Assembly (NCBI RefSeq): GCF_006345805.1
Contig: NC_043008.1
Coordinates: 68,324,001 to 68,388,000, forward strand
Length of the DNA: 64,000 nt
Direction of reading: 5' to 3'
From: Octopus sinensis
Lineage: Eukaryota
The translations under genes and the position numbers were made by a program. This document shows positions 61,401 through 64,000 of this stretch, piece after piece (positions within the stretch are counted from its first letter, which is position 1; the number at the start of each line of letters is the position of its first letter). The notes under the pieces are model-generated. The model saw only the letters and a program-made list of their open reading frames with translations, was not told where the DNA came from and ran no database searches.

Positions 61401-64000
61401 TCGTCTCTTCCTTTATAATTATCATAATCATTAGTTATTATTTCTCTGTTTTTGCCAGTCTGTGTTTCTCTCGTCAACGTCCGTACCTCCTGCCCATGTA
61501 CCATATATATTGATGAAGACGAAACACTTGATTTACGTCTTCGATATTTTCTCTGCTCGATAAACCACTGCTGTAGAGCTGATTATAGCGATGTATACTG
61601 TACTTGTCCAATAAAAATGCAACTAAATTCACTCCCTTTTTTTTTCACAGGCTTCTCAACTAACCATCTCCAAAATGAGGAGCACACATTAAAGTTCTTA
61701 GATATTGTTGAAAGTTACTAAATCCTGATGGAGTGTGCATTTATAAACACACGTAGCATCATCATTATCATTAACGTCCTTTTTTTCGTGCTGGCATGGG
61801 TTAAATGGTTTGACAAGAACAGACGAGCCAGAAGTCTCTGGCAGGTTCTGTCTGCTTTGGCATGGTTTCTGGATTCTCTTTCTAACGCCAACCACTTAAC
61901 AGTGTACTGGGTGCTTTTTACATGGCACCAGCACCAATGAGGTTGCCAAGTATCCATAAGACCCATCAACTAAGCTGGGTATAGAACGGATAAGAAGCTA
62001 TGATAGAGGAAGAGGAGCAGGTGTCTTGCTGAAGAGGTTAATACATGGCTTGTCCACCTGGAAAGTGAGAAAGAGATGTGAGGTCCAGGTACAACATGAC
62101 TATAAGACAGAATAGGATAAAAGAGTGGAAAAGGTGGATGTGTAGGTAAGTGCACTGAGTGAAAGTAGTGTGACAGATGATTAGAGATAGAAGACATTTA
62201 CACACAATCTTTCGCATTGGGAACGGATTCAAAGCAAATTACTTTACCCCATACTGTCACACCTGTACTTGTAATAAGCAATATATATTTTCTTATAAAT
62301 TAGACATAACCATGTAGTTGAAAAATTTACTTCCCAACTGTAAAGTTTCGGGTTTAGATCCACTGTATGGTACCTTGAGCAGGTGTCTTCTACTATAGCC
62401 CCAGACTAACCAAAACCTTCTAAATGCATTTGGTAGATGGAAGCCTGAAGAAGCCCATCATGTATATATTTTTATTCTTTTACTTCTTTCAGTCATTTGA
62501 CTGTAGCCATGCTGGAGCCTTGAAGGTTTTTAGCCAAACAAATCAACCTCAGGACTTATATTTTTTAAGCCTAGTACTTATTCTATCAGTCTCTTTTGCC
62601 AAACTGCTAAGTTATGGGGACATAAACACACCAATACCAGTTGTCAAACTGCATCTCATCTAAACTGACTCTCTCCCTAATTAGTTGGGTTATGACCGTC
62701 TCTGTGACCTTCATTACCTGATCCAATATATATTGTGTTATGCTAAAATGTCTTGAATGATACCAGAATTTTTGACTCAGGTCAAATGTAACAAATTACT
62801 CTAAAATGTTGTTAGAGAAGCTGCATAAGTAGAGTCTGGAATGGTTAATTTGTACTGACACTTTATTTCATGTTGCTCTGCGGGTGGGAGTGTGGCAAAA
62901 TTGTTGGCATGTCGGCAGAAATGTGCTATGGTATACCTTCTGGCTCCTTACATTCTGAGTTCAAAACCCACCTGTCTGGAGAAGGTAATGAGAAACTACT
63001 CCAGTCTCCATCCCAAGTCTAGCCATAGAAGCCAAAAGTTCCAGTAATCTACTTAACAGTAGCAGTCGAAGGTAGGGGCACCCCAGGTTGTATGGAGAAA
63101 GTTCACATGCATAGTGCCTTTCCAAGGGCAGATCACCACTTGACTCTGTGTGTGTGTGTGTGTGTGTGTTGGCGTTTTGAAGGGCATCCAGCTGTAAAAA
63201 CAATACCAAACAGAGGTCACCAGTGTTGGTGTCATGTAAGGTCATTGATATTGAGAAGAGCATATAAAAAACCATGCCCAAAACAGTCATTGAAGCCTGG
63301 TGCAGTCTTTTGCCTAACCAGCTTCTATCAAACCATCCAACTCATACCAGCATGGAAAACAGACATTAATGATGATGATGATGGACTGGGTTTTCATGAC
63401 TGGAATGCCTTTGTATTATTTCCTTTTATTGTAGTTTTTTTTTAATACAAATAATATTTTAAGCAGTAAAAATACAATGTAACTCTGTTACAAATAATAC
63501 TGACATTGTGTTTGAAATCATAAATTTATGCAGAAATTACCATGATTCTATCCAACAAAAATTGCCATCAACTAATACCATATTTCCTGGGAAATGTCAG
63601 ATATCTTTCTAGTTTGTTCATTTTACACCTATTTCCAATGCTAATATGAGTTAGGTGAATATTTTATTGAGGTATTTTTTTAAAGCAGGATGTCCTTCTT
63701 GTTGCTAACTCTTGTTTTTCTAGTAAAGGATTTCTTGTTTCCACCCATTTTTGGAGGTGCAAGGCAAGTGGAGGATTTGTTGACAGGAAAAGTGACGACA
63801 TTTGTAACCTGATAATAAGGATCAGCCTGCAAGAGCACTGTGCCAGTACCACATAAAAAGCACTATGGCTGGCGTCACATATAAAGCATTCATGTTGGTG
63901 CCATGTAAAAGCACTCATGCCAATGTCATGTTGGAAGTACTCAGCACACAGTGTAAAGTGGTTGGCATTAAGAAGGACATGCAGTTATAGGAACTAAGCC

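Overview
AT-rich, microsatellite- and SINE-saturated eukaryotic DNA. The repeat families look like those of Octopus/cephalopods (recalled, not database-checked). The only confidently identified host gene is an intronless COX16 (47942-48262, minus). Most of the rest is transposon debris: a mariner fragment, Helitron-like and hAT non-autonomous elements, RTE, CR1 and R4-like LINE fragments, a decayed Ty3/Gypsy, an ORF1-only L1/Tx1-like element with a 15-bp TSD, and many tRNA-derived SINEs. The main unexpected signal is a cluster of type I hammerhead ribozymes (HHRs) in non-coding repeats that abut (TA)n tracts. Locus A (43771-44578) has two tandem minimal HHRs with a compensatory U3-A8 core, bounding a strongly self-pairing 364-nt monomer, plus a 137-bp inverted arm. 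Locus B (50534-51904) is an ~890-bp palindrome with an intact HHR on each strand and a third, mutated tandem copy. Locus C (45224-45284) is a solo canonical HHR, and two decayed HHR-like relics lie near 30.2 and 52.2 kb. The architecture fits Penelope-like pseudo-LTRs or non-LTR retrozymes that could release small, possibly circular, RNAs. All structures were folded by eye; none has been tested.
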